DNA of 64,000 nucleotides from positions 18,848,001-18,912,000 of the forward strand of contig OZ024751.1 in NCBI GenBank assembly GCA_964016885.1, read 5' to 3'. This document shows, piece by piece, positions 26,310 to 41,117 of this stretch; position 1 is the first letter of the stretch; every line of letters starts with the position of its first letter. The position numbers and the translations under genes are program-made. The notes below the pieces were generated by a model that was given only the letters and a program-made list of their open reading frames with translations, ran no database searches and was not told where the DNA came from. This DNA comes from Eledone cirrhosa (Eukaryota).

Positions 26310-26440
26310 AGAAATAAACTAAGTCCAGATGCATCACTGATTTTTCGTTTTCTTTATAATATCTACACTCTACTCTGATGAATATCAAGTGCTAATTTTG
26401 GCATACTGCCTACGGAAGCACCATAGCTACCACTATACAC

Positions 26441-26492
<52 letters not shown>

Positions 26493-26680
26493 CTGACAAC
26501 GCCTTTATAAGAGAGGGAAACTCTGAAGAAAAAACTTTCCAAGCAGAGGCATTGCTTGTTCATGATTTGTTACAGGTTCGTGTGGCTGGCCGTAGCCTAA
26601 AAGTGCACCATTTTCTATAATCTGACAAGCGATTGCAATACTCTTAGAGTTTACAGCCATCATATAAATATATATATATA

Positions 26681-26890
26681 TAGGAACGAGTAGGACCCCG
26701 ACGGCTGAGCTCAAGCCGTTTCGACGGCTAATTCTGGACATTAATTAGCTGTCCAGAATTAGCCGTCGAAACGGCTTGAGCTCAGCCGTCGGGGTCCTAC
26801 TCGTTCCTATTACCCACTCTACTAGCCTAAGTATTGAGTACTTTGGAGCGTTATGGTTCACCTGGTTCCTTACCACATTTCCTTCGTTAT
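26681..26890. mobile_element. Family A inverted-repeat element
   Basis: Perfect ~60 bp arms plus tail. Confidence 0.9.
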
Positions 26891-26929
26891 ATATATATAT
26901 ATATTTCGTTTCTGACCCTCCCAAAGTAT

Positions 26930-26990
<61 letters not shown>

Positions 26991-27390
26991 CATACAGATT
27001 AATATAAACAAACACACCTATACATGATATACATATATATATAAATGTGTGTGTGTGTGTGTATTTCTTTTTTGAAAGCGCATAGCTTTAATATATATAT
27101 ATATGATGTATTTATACATATATATATACGCATGTAAGTATATATGTATGTAAATATATGTCTGTGTATATATGCGTGTATGCATAGTCATTTGTCTCTT
27201 GTCTGTGTACGAAAACAGAAGTACTAAATATAAATGAATTGCATATACACATTTGACCGAGTGTGTAATTAGGTGTATGTGTCTATATCTTTTGGCATGT
27301 ATGTTTTATATATATATACAGGGTGTCCCAAGAAAATGTATACAAACTTTGATTACAATGCTGTTGAAGTATGTATACATTTTGTTGGGG

Positions 27391-27435
<45 letters not shown>

Positions 27436-27495
27436 AACACAACAAATATGGGCCTTTATGATCGGAAAATATATTCGAATGTGTGTGTGAATAAT

Positions 27496-27590
<95 letters not shown>

Positions 27591-27609
27591 TGATATGTAT
27601 ATACATATA

Positions 27610-28973
<1,364 letters not shown>

Positions 28974-29222
28974 ATATCAGCTTCTTCTCCAGTGGTGGTA
29001 TGTAAACAGTGTACCGGGGTGTTTAATGTGAGCAAATCAGGCGAATAATTGACTAACTTACAACGGATATTGCCTGTAATAAGGGCCATTGAGACGTTGT
29101 CACCTCATGCTGTGTACCCCTTCATAGATATGCTCACATTACACACAACACTACGAAAATAACAACCAAAATCGATAATTCTATTATTATTACTATTATT
29201 GTGGTTTTTATTCTTATGTGTA

Positions 29223-30420
29223 AGGGTGGTGAATTGCCAGATCTATCGGTTCAACAGTATCGGTAAGGACTCCGACTGAATAATGTCTAGTGGTATTTCG
29301 TTATAGCTCTTTACGTTCTCATTTCAAATCCTGTCGAGGTTAGCTTTGGCTTTTCTTCAGGGGGTCGTTAAAATATAGTACCAGTAATGCACTGACGTCG
29401 ATTTAATCGACTTTCCAACTCTCCCTTTTAAATTGCTGGACTTGTGTCCAAATTTGAAACCATTATGTTAACTTTGACTTTCATCCTTACGGGGGTCGAT
29501 AACATAAAGTACCAGTAATACGCTGGGATAATTGCTGGCCTTGTGCCAAAAGTAGAAACAATTATTATTATTATTATTATTATTATATAATAGGGCGGTG
29601 GATTGGCATCGGTAGAGGGTCGGACGCTATGCTTTGCAGCATAGTTACGTCCCTTTACGGTCTGAGTTCAAATCCCGCCGAGGTTAACTTTGCCTTTCAT
29701 CCTTACGGGGGTCGATAACATAAAGTACCAGTAATGCTCTGGGTAATTGCTGGCCTTGTGCCAAAAGTAGAGATAATTATTAGTAAGCGATAGATATTCG
29801 GACAACATGCTTTGCGACATGCAGTTCAAATGTTTCCTAGGTTAGCTGTACCTTTCATCCGTACGGGGGTCGATAAAATGTAGTACCAGTAATGCACTGG
29901 AGTCGATTTAAAAGACTCCCACCACCCCACAAAATTGTTGGCGTTGTGCTTAGATCAGAAACTATCATTAAGTGTAAGGGATATTTGTAACTTGGCAGAA
30001 TCGTTGGAGCTTCGAACAAAATGCATTACTGCGTTTTATAAAAACCGTTTACTTTCTGAGATGTCAAATGTTAATTCTATCTTTCATTCTACTGGCAGTT
30101 AATAAAATAAAGTACCAGTCATGCACTTAGGTCGATGTATTCGAACTTCTGCAATTTTCGTCTAGCTAAGTTTCATTCACAAGGCATTGGTAACTCGAGC
30201 CTATCGTAAAAATACTAAATATACTACGCAAAGGGGGTGAACCCGAAATAAGGTGACTGTGAAGCGAACGTCTTAACAACACAGTCATGCCTGTAATTAC
30301 GTATGTGTTATATCAACAGTTGGCGAATTGATAGAATCGTTAGAACGTTGGCTGTCTGCTCTGTGAGTTCAAATCCCGCCGAAGTCAACTTTGTACTAGT
30401 CGAGTACTGGAGTCGAATCT
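29223..30420 (+). mobile_element. Cluster of about six same-orientation S1 SINE copies of different ages
   Basis: Core ctttcatcc..ggggtcgataa..agtaccagt recurs near 29350, 29480, 29695, 29850, 30080; full copy 29593-29780. Confidence 0.85.
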
Positions 30421-30810
30421 TCCTTTTATTTATTTCTCCCTTCCATTCTCTCATTCTAACTCTCTATCCTTCTCTGGAAGAACTCTACTGTACTCAGACC
30501 TGGTGAGATGGGCTTCGCCAGGTTTACAAAGTGCCCAAGAAACGCCGTATTGACATACGGCGTTTCTTGGGCACTTTGTAAACCTGGTTGAGCCCATCTA
30601 TCTCCAGGCCTGAGTACAGCTGATTTCTTCCTGTGAAAGATAGAAAGTGAGAGAGTGTAAATGAGAAAGAGATATAGAGGAAGAATCGACCCCAGTACTA
30701 GACTGGTACTTTTTTATCGACCTCGAAAGGATGAAAGGCAGAGTTGACGTCGGCGGGATTTGAACTCTGAGAGCTGGAACGAATACCACAAAGGTGTCTA
30801 ACCGACATTC
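30320..30810. repeat. Tail-to-tail inverted SINE-derived pair with perfect central palindrome
   Basis: ccaggtttacaaagtgcccaagaaacgccgtat-tgac-atacggcgtttcttgggcactttgtaaacctgg with diverged outer arms. Confidence 0.8.
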
Positions 30811-31026
30811 TAAAGACTCACAGTAGATATATATATTTATATAAACCCTCAAACAGATAAAAGGCAGGGTTAACCTCGGCGGGATTTGATCACGCAGCAC
30901 AGAGGGGTGAACCGAATACCATGAAGTATTCATTGTAAAGCGACGTTTCTAACCAGCTCTGCCAATTCACCGCCTCACAGTATGTGTGTGTGTGTGTGTG
31001 TGCGTGTGCGTGTGCGTGTGTGTGTG

Positions 31027-31170
31027 TGAAGGCGGATGGCTTAGTGGTTAGAGAATTGGGCTTGCAATCGAAAGGTTGTAAGTTCAATACTCGGACCGGG
31101 TGATGTGTTGTTTCCTTGAGCAAGACACTTTATTTCACGTTGCTCCAGTTTACTCAGCTGTAGAAATGAG
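31027..31170 (+). mobile_element. tRNA-derived SINE family S2
   Basis: tggcttagtggttaga (A box), agttcaatac (B box), tccttgagcaagacactttatttcacgttgctcc. Confidence 0.8.
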
Positions 31171-31242
31171 TACCGGCTTGAACACGCAGCACAGAGAATT
31201 GAACCGACGGTTTAACCATCTCTGCCAATTCAACCCCTCACA

Positions 31243-31292
<50 letters not shown>

Positions 31293-31424
31293 CCTCAAAC
31301 AGATAAAAGACAAAGTTGAGTTTGGCGGGACTTGAACACACACCACAGAGAGGTGAACCGAATACCATGGAATATTCATTGTAAAGCCACGTTTCTAACC
31401 AGCTCTGAAATTCAGCGCCTCACA

Positions 31425-31520
<96 letters not shown>

Positions 31521-31614
31521 GAAGTATTTCCGTCAGAACGGTACAGGAAAAAAGAGTGCTCTATGTAGGCTACAGAGCTTATTAGTTATGTGGAAATACA
31601 CCATGTTTTTTATC

Positions 31615-31671
31615 CATTCTGATGACTGAAGACAGACACAACATCTGTCTTCAAGAAACCACTGGTAAATG
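31615..31671 (+). ncRNA. Type I hammerhead motif
   Basis: CAUU-CUGAUGA-c-UGAAGACAGA/UCUGUCUUCA-a-GAAA-CC acu GG-UA^AAUG. Confidence 0.8.
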
Positions 31672-31695
31672 AAATAATTATCTTATGTTGTTTAT

Positions 31696-31730
<35 letters not shown>

Positions 31731-32383
31731 GGATTTAAATGGATACAGTTCAGTAAAAGGAATTTATTGACACGTGTTTCAATAACAGTTATATAACCTG
31801 AAAACAGCTGCTATCTACAAAGTATTAATTATGCAGACACTCAATATTTCAATGTTATTTTCAACTATCATTTCATCATATATATATATAAAAAACATGA
31901 GAAGAAAGAAGAATACTGCGTGGTTTGCACATGGGTTACATATGATAAAAATAGTCCTTCGTCAGTGATTTTCCAACCATCATTGGTATTTCATCGCATA
32001 TAGCCTCCAACGGATAAAAGACAAACACGCAGCACAGAGAGTTGAACCGACGGTTTAACCATCTCTGTCAATTTACCGCCTTAGAGCAGACATAGTTGAG
32101 ATGAAAGAATGTGTTATCAATATATAAACATTACATCAGTAATCAGCTGCCAACTAAGAAGTCAATAGATTGGTGAGGGTAGGAAGTGAAGCAGAACAGA
32201 AGAGGGTGGGAGAGAGTAGGAGAGAGAGTAGGAGTGAGAGGGGGAGTAGGAGAGCGAGTAGGAGTGAGAGAGGGGGGAGTAGGAGTGAGAGATGGGGGAG
32301 TAGGAGAGAGAGGGAGAGAGAGTAGGAGAGAGAGAGACAGACATCATAACTCACACACTCACATATATACATATATATATATA

Positions 32384-32430
<47 letters not shown>

Positions 32431-33199
32431 AGAGAGAGAGAGCGGAAGATACATTATAACACACATACACACACATATATATATCATATACACACAGACA
32501 TGCACACACATATACACACATACACAGACATGCACACACAGACATGCACACACATATACACACAGACATGCACACACATATACACACAGACATACACACA
32601 CATATACACACAGACATACACACACATATACATACACACACATAAATACACTCACACTCATATATATATATACACACACACATACATACACACACATACA
32701 TACACACACATATATATATATATATATACATACATACATACATACATACACACACACATATATACATACATACATATTTACATATACACAAATTAAAGAG
32801 AGATAGGGAGAAGGTGGAGGGGATATAGTAATACGTATACACACATATGCACATATATACACATACATACACACACTCGCCTACATACATATGCACGTAT
32901 ACACATATATACACATACATACACACACACACTCGCTCTCGCCTACATACATATGCACGTATACACATATATACACATACATACATACACACTCGCCTAC
33001 ATACATATGCACGTATACACATATATACACATACATACATACATACATACATACACACACTCTCGCACGTATACACAGAGAGACGTAGTTATAAAGACAG
33101 AGAGACTGCAAAGGTGAAAGATAGATAGAAAAAGGGAGGGCGTTAACTACTAAACGTACACATACACACATACACACGCATACATATATATATATGCAT

Positions 33200-34460
33200 A
33201 TATATAGAGTGAGAGAGAGGAGCAGAGAGAGAGAGGGTGGGGCAGATATACAGAGAGACAGAGATAGAGAGAGTAAGATGGGGGAAGAGAGAGAGAGGGG
33301 GCAGATATACAGAGAGACAGAGATAGAGAGAGTAAGAGGGGGCAGAGAGAGAGAGAGACAGAGAGAGAGAGGCAGAGAGAGAGAGAGAGAGAGGGGGAGG
33401 GGGCAGAGAGAGAGAGAGAGGGAGGGGGCAGATATACAGAGAGACAGAGATAGAGAGAGTAAGAGGAGGCAGAGAGAGAGAGAGACAGAGAGAGAGGCAG
33501 AGAGAGAGAGAGAGTAATAGGGGTCAGAGAGAGGAGCAGAGAGAGAGAGAGAGAGAGAGTGGGAGGGGGCAGATATACAGAGAGACGGAAATAGAGAGAG
33601 TAAGAGGGGGCAGAGAAAGAGAGAGAGAGTAAGAGGAAAAGAGGAACAGATCGGTCAGTCGTGAAAGTGAAGAAGAAAACGTTGAGAGAAAGAGAGAAAG
33701 AGAGAAAGAGAGAGACAGAAAGAGAGAGGGTGAGGGAGAGAGAGAGACAGAAAGAGTGAGGGTGAGGGAGAGAGAGAGACAGAAAGAGTGAGGGTGAGGG
33801 AGAGAGAGAGAAACAAATAGAGAGACAGAAAAGAGGAGAGAGAGAGAGAGAGAGAAAGAAACGGAAAGAAATAGAGACAGAAAGAGAGAGGTTGAGGGAA
33901 TGAGAGAGAAATAGAGAGAGGAAAAATAAAGAGACAGAAAAAGAGAGAGAGAGGAAAAGAGATAGAAGAAGATAGATAGATAGAGAGAAAGAGAGAGAAA
34001 GACAGACAGAAACGAATAAAGAAACTGAAGGAGAGAGAGAATAAAAAAAAGAGAGTGAAATAGAGAGAGAGAGAGAGAGAGAGAGTGACACATATATACA
34101 CATACATATATATGCACACACACACACAGTCAGATGTACACACAGACATACACACACACACACAGTCAGGTGTACACACAGACATACATACACACACACA
34201 CAGTCAGATGTACACACAGACATACATACACACACACACAGTCAGGTGTACACACAGACATACATACACACACACACACAGTCAGGTGTACACACAGACA
34301 TACACACACACACAGTCAGGTGTGCACACAGACATACACACACACACACACACACACAGTCAGGTGTACACACAGACATACATGCACACACACACACACA
34401 CACACAGTCAGATGTACACACAGACATACATACATACACACACACACAGTCAGGTGTACA
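33200..34460. repeat. GA-rich and CA-rich minisatellites
   Basis: ggggcagatatacagagagacagagatagagagagtaag units, then cagtcaggtgtacacacagacatacacac units. Confidence 0.9.
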
Positions 34461-35756
34461 CATACATAATATACACACACACACAACTACGAATGTGACA
34501 CATCCAACATGAAGTAAGAACATACATGGTTATAGAGAGGGGGAGGGGAGATTGAAAGGGAGCGGGGAGGAGAAAGAGATAGGGTGTGAGGGAGAGAGAG
34601 ATTGAAAGGGGAGGGAGAGAGAGAGGGAGGGGGAAGGAGATAGAGAGAGGGTGCGAGGGACAGAGATTGAAAGGGAGGAGGAAGGAGAGAGATATGCACA
34701 TGCATTAACATATACACACACTTACAGACATACACACATGCACATACACACCCTCAACCATCTACACTAACATACACAGAGGTACGTACGTACACACACA
34801 TATCAATACACATACATGCGCAAACACACCTACACTAACAGATACACACACTCAGGCAACTACATACACATACTAATAACTGCAGATGCGCATACACACG
34901 CTTATACACATTGACTAACACATACACACACATATACATGCACATACACAACCCTACAGACCTACTGTAACATGTACACACACACACACAGGCAAGTACA
35001 CACAAACACCAATACACACACCTACACTAAAACATATACGCTCACACACACATGCAAGTACATACACACACGATAATACACACCAACACATACATTCACA
35101 CCATCACATTCCTACACTAACACTGTCACATTCCTACACTAACACAAACACACACATACACACCCTCACACTAAAACATACACACATGCACACAGGTATG
35201 TACACACACACCAACACACACAAGGATACAAACCCTAACACAGTTACATTCCTACACTAACACATACAGACAGACACCTCACACACACACACACACTCAC
35301 GCACTCACACCCACGCATACACACCAACACAATGATACAGACCCTAACACAGTTACATTCCTACACTAACACATACACACACACACACACATACACAATG
35401 ATACAGACCCTAACAGTTACATTCCTACATTAACACACACACACACACACACACACACCAACAGACACACACACACACAATGATACAGACCCTAACAGTT
35501 ACATTCCTACACTAACACACACACACACCTCACACACACATAGACACACCAACACACACACATACGGAGAGAGATGTAAGAATCCAACGAAGCAGAACAG
35601 GGAAGTCCAGTGGTGACTCTCTGGGATATTTCCTCTGTCATTTCCACAACAAACAGTCCAAACCTCTAGAAATAGACTGACAACAACGCAATACAAATCA
35701 ACACCCCGTTCTACATTTTTAAACCACCCGAACTATTATATATATACACATATACA

Positions 35757-35793
<37 letters not shown>

Positions 35794-35812
35794 GTGTATA
35801 TGTGTGTATGTG

Positions 35813-35843
<31 letters not shown>

Positions 35844-35946
35844 ATATATATGCGTGTATATGTGTATATATATATATATGCGTGTATATGTGTATATATA
35901 TATATATGCGTGTATATGTGTATATATATATATATGCGTGTATATG

Positions 35947-36008
<62 letters not shown>

Positions 36009-36044
36009 TGTTTATATATATATACGTGTATATGTGTGTATATA

Positions 36045-36088
<44 letters not shown>

Positions 36089-36195
36089 CGTGTGTGTATA
36101 GATAGACACAATAAAGAGCCACTCTCACAGGTCCCATTCATTGTATAGGAAATTTTGAAATAATGAATGCTGAAAATTTGTATAGCGATGCATTT

Positions 36196-36279
<84 letters not shown>

Positions 36280-36727
36280 ATATGTATATATATATATACA
36301 TACACTACTGTCGAACTACTCCGGGATGTGATGAGGGGGCTTCACTTTGATCTGAAATTTCTACATATAGATTTTCGTCCAAGAGGTGGAACTGCGATAT
36401 TTGTAGCATTTGGGTAAGGTGGGGGTGGCATTGGTTGTGGTGCTGGTGTTAGTAACTCATTTGGGGGGGGGGTATGGATACGTTGTATTTTTGTTGTTGC
36501 TGTTGCTTATATAAAAGTAGGTTCTAATCCGGTTGGTCTCTAATCATAATAGTCTTTTTTTTTCTGTAGAAACTGATGTGATTTTTAGTTGGGAATTATT
36601 GTCACCTTATTCGAAATTGTTTGGGAAGATACACAAACTCAAACATACATGCATATATAAATATGTGCTCTACTTACTACGGATAGAATCTCCCAGTGTT
36701 CTACCTCTTTATATATATATATATATA

Positions 36728-38075
36728 ATTAATACAATAACAGAGATAGTTTAAAGCTAATCTCTGACTGGTAACCATCTCACTCAACAAACATTAGGTT
36801 ATATTTTAATATAAACCCAATTTAAGTGTTTGGGGTGCTAACAATATGTATTATGTGGAAAAGCCAGTTGTATTATTTTATGAGATATAATTAAAGTTAA
36901 AATATATCTCTCTTTCCAAACAATTGTTTCATTATAAGTTTTCTACAAATTCGGAGAATATTTCCAGTTTATGTTCATGTAAGAATATATTTAGGTGGGC
37001 GCTTATAAATCATCAGTGGAAGCCCATTAAACTTTGATATAAGAAAAACATTTCTTACCACAGTTAAAAATCGTGTCTGTTAAGTTGCTCCTTCCCGCAT
37101 CGAATGACCGGCAAATTTGAAATTCCAGCAGTTTTTGACTGAGGAAGTATTATAGCGTCATTAAGCTGGAAGGAGGAAAAAAAATAATAATATACACGCG
37201 GGTTAATCAGTTTTTTCGAAACCATTATCAATCCAACGTGTTAAGAACTCAATTGAAATTAAAAAAATAAATATATGCGTGTATAAATTACACACGCATA
37301 TAGATATTTTCTTAGGCTAAAATCAGAGGTTGTACCTGAATAAGAAACCGCATCTCGTAACCGTAGTAAATACGGAAAGTTATGCTTTAAAGGGCAAATG
37401 GGAATGTAAATCTCCGGCCGAATTAAGAGTAAAATATAAAACACACGCGGGTTAATTAGTTATTTCAAAACTAATATCAATTCCTCTGTAAAGAACTCAA
37501 TTAATTTAAAAAAATAAATGTATGCATGTAATTATATACATAGGCATATATATATTTTCTTAGGCTAAAAAACAGAGAAGTTACAACCAATAAAAATCAC
37601 AATATCGCACAACAGTAATAAATACGGAAAGTCAAATTTATAAGGTACCTGGAAATAAATACCTCTGGCCAATCAAGAGTAAAATATTAATACAATAACA
37701 GAGATAGTTTAAAGCTAATCTCTGACTGGTAACCATCTCACTCAACAAACATTAGGTTATATTTTAATATAAACCCAATTTAAGTGTTTGGGGTGCTAAC
37801 AATATGTATTATGTGGAAAAGCCAGTTGTATTATTTTATGAGATATAATTAAAGTTAAAATATATCTCTCTTTCCAAACAATTGTTTCATTATAAGTTTT
37901 CTACAAATTCGGAGAATATTTCCAGTTTATGTAGAAGCTTAATATACATTCATGTAAGAATATATTTAGGTGGGCGCTTATAAATTATCAGTGGAAGCCC
38001 ATTAAACTTTGATATAAGAAAAACATTTCTTACCACAGTTAAAAATCGTGTCTGTTAAGTTGCTCCTTCCCGCAT
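36728..38075. repeat. A-B-B'-A local duplication
   Basis: 36728-37100 nearly identical to 37688-38075; 37192-37440 and 37441-37687 are diverged tandem ~247 bp units. Confidence 0.85.
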
Positions 38076-38138
38076 ATCGATGAGATTCTACAGAACTAGA
38101 ACTGTTTCATTCTTTAGAAATCATCAGGAATTTGAACC

Positions 38139-38189
38139 AGATTCCTGATGATTTCTAAAGAATGAAACAGTTCTAGTCCTGTAGAATCT
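38139..38189 (+). ncRNA. Type I hammerhead motif; mirror copy ~38083-38132 (-) within inverted-repeat element 38076-38277
   Basis: AGAUUC-CUGAUGA-uUUC uaaa GAAu-GAAA-CAG uucuaguc CUG-UA^GAAUCU. Confidence 0.8.
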
Positions 38190-38280
38190 CATCTATATTA
38201 AAACTTTTATACTCTGCAATGTATTGAGTACCTTACTTGCTGTGGTTACCTCCGATTCAACCCAAAATAACTTACTATAT

Positions 38281-38318
<38 letters not shown>

Positions 38319-38319
<1 letters not shown>

Positions 38320-38506
38320 ATTGTTTCTACTTTTGGCACAAGGCCAGCAATTACCCAGTACATTACTGGTACTTTATTTTATCGACCCCGTAAGGATGAA
38401 AGGCAACGTTAACCTCGACGGGATTTGAACTCAGACCGTAAAGGGACGTAACTATACTGGAAAGCATGGCGTCCGACCCTCTACCGATACTGCCAATCCA
38501 CCGCCC
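38319..38506 (-). mobile_element. SINE family S1, full length
   Basis: Reverse complement of consensus, including the gggcggtggattggcag head. Confidence 0.9.
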
Positions 38507-38512
38507 TATATA

Positions 38513-38875
38513 TATAATAAAATAAAACAAGGACGAGTGGTTACTCCTTCATTACGTTTTTTGGTTGGTGACGCGCGTTTCACCACTGATCAGCTCAAGG
38601 TTCGATCTGTATCGATCTAGCCTGACTCTGTAATCTTGAGGGATCTGACTAGCCATGGATTACTGAGTCGGGCTAGATCGATACAGATCGAACCTTGAGC
38701 TGATCAGTGGCAAAACACGCGTCACCAACCAAACATCATAATGAAGGCGCAACCACTTATCCTTGTTTTACTTTATTATACTAAACTGTCTAGCTCTACA
38801 CCTTGACACAGATGTGAACCTAGACATCGAGTGCTCACCCGGGTGAACCTACAGTAACTCCGCGTTACACACCCT

Positions 38876-38878
<3 letters not shown>
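38513..38878. mobile_element. Family F-related inverted-repeat element with 3' half-hammerhead
   Basis: ~115 bp arms; GAAAC-GCGC-GUC on the minus arm; tail catcgagtgctca shared with 11487-11499. Confidence 0.7.
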
Positions 38879-38933
<55 letters not shown>

Positions 38934-39428
38934 TTCGTTTCTGAATTTGTTTAGCAAGATTCTTTATCTGAAAACGTGTGTTGAAACCGATATTGTTATA
39001 CTTTGGGAGGGTCATGTTGCCAATAAGAAACACACGCACCAGTTGCTTTCACTTCAATTTACTATAATAAATTTATAAATTTAGGAATTTATAAATTTCC
39101 GGTTGGTTGGCTGGTTCCATAACCGGGCGGTTGTTCATGCATTGTCAAATTTCTTTCGTCACACATGCTGTGACCACTTCAGTGACTGGGAATTCTTTTC
39201 TTTGTTTTGTGCCACTCCTTTGTTCTGTCCCCAGTCACTGAAGAGGTCACAGAATGTGTGACGAAAGAACTTTGACAATATATGAACAACTGTCCGGTTA
39301 TGGAACCAACCAACCAACCGGAAATTTATAAATTCTTAAATTTATATATTTAATTTATAATAAATTGGAGTGAAAGCAACTGGTGCGTGTGTTTCTTATT
39401 GGCAACATGACCCTCCCAAAGCATAACA

Positions 39429-39430
<2 letters not shown>
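38934..39430. mobile_element. Family B inverted-repeat element; HHRs at 39144-39186 (-) and 39234-39276 (+)
   Basis: Long arm with tail on -, short arm on + ending cccaaagcataacaat-(AT)n. Confidence 0.9.
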
Positions 39431-39468
<38 letters not shown>

Positions 39469-39625
39469 ATAATAAATGTGAAGACTAAAATCCGAAGAGG
39501 GCTCAATAAGGATTATATATATATAAAATATATATAAAACCGTAGACCAAATATTTATCATAAGACCAGATTAAAGTTTAAGGGTGAAAGCAGCGATTCT
39601 TTGCTTAAACTTTAATCTGTTCTTA

Positions 39626-39675
<50 letters not shown>

Positions 39676-39678
39676 AAG

Positions 39679-39751
39679 CTGTCTGATGAGAGCATGGCAC
39701 TGGGTACTTAAAATCACGTGGCTACTGTCGTTATCGAAATATGTATTACAG
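39679..39751 (+). ncRNA. Minimal hammerhead motif
   Basis: CUGU-CUGAUGA-GA...UC-GAAA-UAUGUA-UU^ACAG. Confidence 0.7.
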
Positions 39752-39919
39752 ATATGTATTATCAATAAAGGACTTTAACATATGATAGTATTTGGCATTT
39801 TCTTATTCTAAATATACTCCGCTATTCCTATGTGGAAGAAGTACATTGAGTGCTTGAATTGAATTGCATCAATATTTACCGTACGTGTGTGTATGTATAT
39901 GTATATATATATATACATA

Positions 39920-40137
39920 TATCGACAGTCGATAGACTTTCATCAAATCGTACCGAGGAAACAGTGTTTCCATTGGTCTTTCCAATTGCTAATACTATCT
40001 ATAGGTCGCAACTCCAGGTAGAAGGAGCAACGTGAAATAAAGTGTCTTGCCCAAGGACATAACGCATCGCCCGTTCAGGGAATCGAACTCACGATTGCGA
40101 ATCCAAATCTCTAACCACTTAGCCACACGCCTTCACT
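39920..40137 (-). mobile_element. S2-headed SINE with distinct tail (second copy 58018-58236)
   Basis: Colinear match including ttggtctttccaattgctaatactatctat. Confidence 0.8.
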
Positions 40138-40155
40138 ATATATATATATATATAT

Positions 40156-40310
40156 AGTGGTAGAATACTGGGGCGTTATATCCGTAGTAAGTAGAGCACT
40201 CAGTCCACGGGATGAGTTCGGTGTAAAGTTAGTTCCACAATATTTTAGCAAACCATCTTCGAGTTGCAAATCTGTGAAACACGTGTCCTCGAAGATGGTT
40301 TGCTAACTTT
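40156..40310. mobile_element. Family D-related element with 3' half-hammerhead
   Basis: Tail homologous to 20232-20292; GAAA-CACGUG-UC^CUCGAAG; 19 bp inverted arm. Confidence 0.7.
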
Positions 40311-40729
40311 ATATATATATATATATATATGTGTGTGTACATATGAATGTATGTGTGAGCGTGTGTGTATACATGCCTCTGAAGATGTTTTTGTATTAGT
40401 GTAGGTGATTGGGGGAGGTGATGTGCAAGTGTTATGATACCATATCATATATTATAAAATATATCATACATCATACAACATGATATATATATATATTATA
40501 TTATATTATACATCATATTATATTGCAACATGTCTCTTATCATATATCCTGTTAGATCATGTCGAACATGTTCAATGTTTGATGAAGATGACGAAGAAGG
40601 ATACTGTGTCGTGATATCCTGATCGATTAAAATCCTGATAGCTTCGATTAAAGACACGGATCAAGAATCATTGTCAGAGAGGATAAAAGGCTAATTTGAT
40701 CTCAGTTAGTGTGTGTGTGTGTGTGTGTG

Positions 40730-40774
<45 letters not shown>

Positions 40775-40780
<6 letters not shown>

Positions 40781-41052
40781 GTGAGGTTTTTTTTACAAAA
40801 TGAAAAATAACCGAGGTGTCCTACACGAGTAAAAGTATAAAGAAAAAAAGATGAAATCGAAAATGCAACTGGAGTCTTATTTTAAAATATATATATATAT
40901 TTATTTGGTTCCTTTACCGGTTTCGCAGTTCTTCTGCTTTTCAAAAGATGGAGGGTCTGTGGTTTTTATCACATCTCACCGGTAAAGGAACCAAATAAAT
41001 ATATATATATTTTTTTAAATAAGACTCCAGTTGCATTTTCAATTTCATCTTT
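40775..41052. mobile_element. Family G element; intact U3-A8 HHR at 40911-40948 (-)
   Basis: Long arm on -, short inverted arm starting accggtaaagg at 40978. Confidence 0.85.
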
Positions 41053-41117
41053 ATATATATATATATATACATATACATACTTTGAAAATTAAAACCAAAC
41101 AGTTAACTATATCATAC

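Noticed and set aside
26681-26810. Pre-miRNA or classical MITE interpretation of family A hairpins
   Set aside because: One-sided tails, variable loops, a half-ribozyme and a longer non-hairpin copy at 9736 indicate inverted retroelement ends
29593-29690. tRNA gene
   Set aside because: A and B boxes belong to a multi-copy SINE head; no cloverleaf and an extended spacer
40555-40705. Exon bounded by ttag and gttagt on the plus strand
   Set aside because: Stops in all three frames
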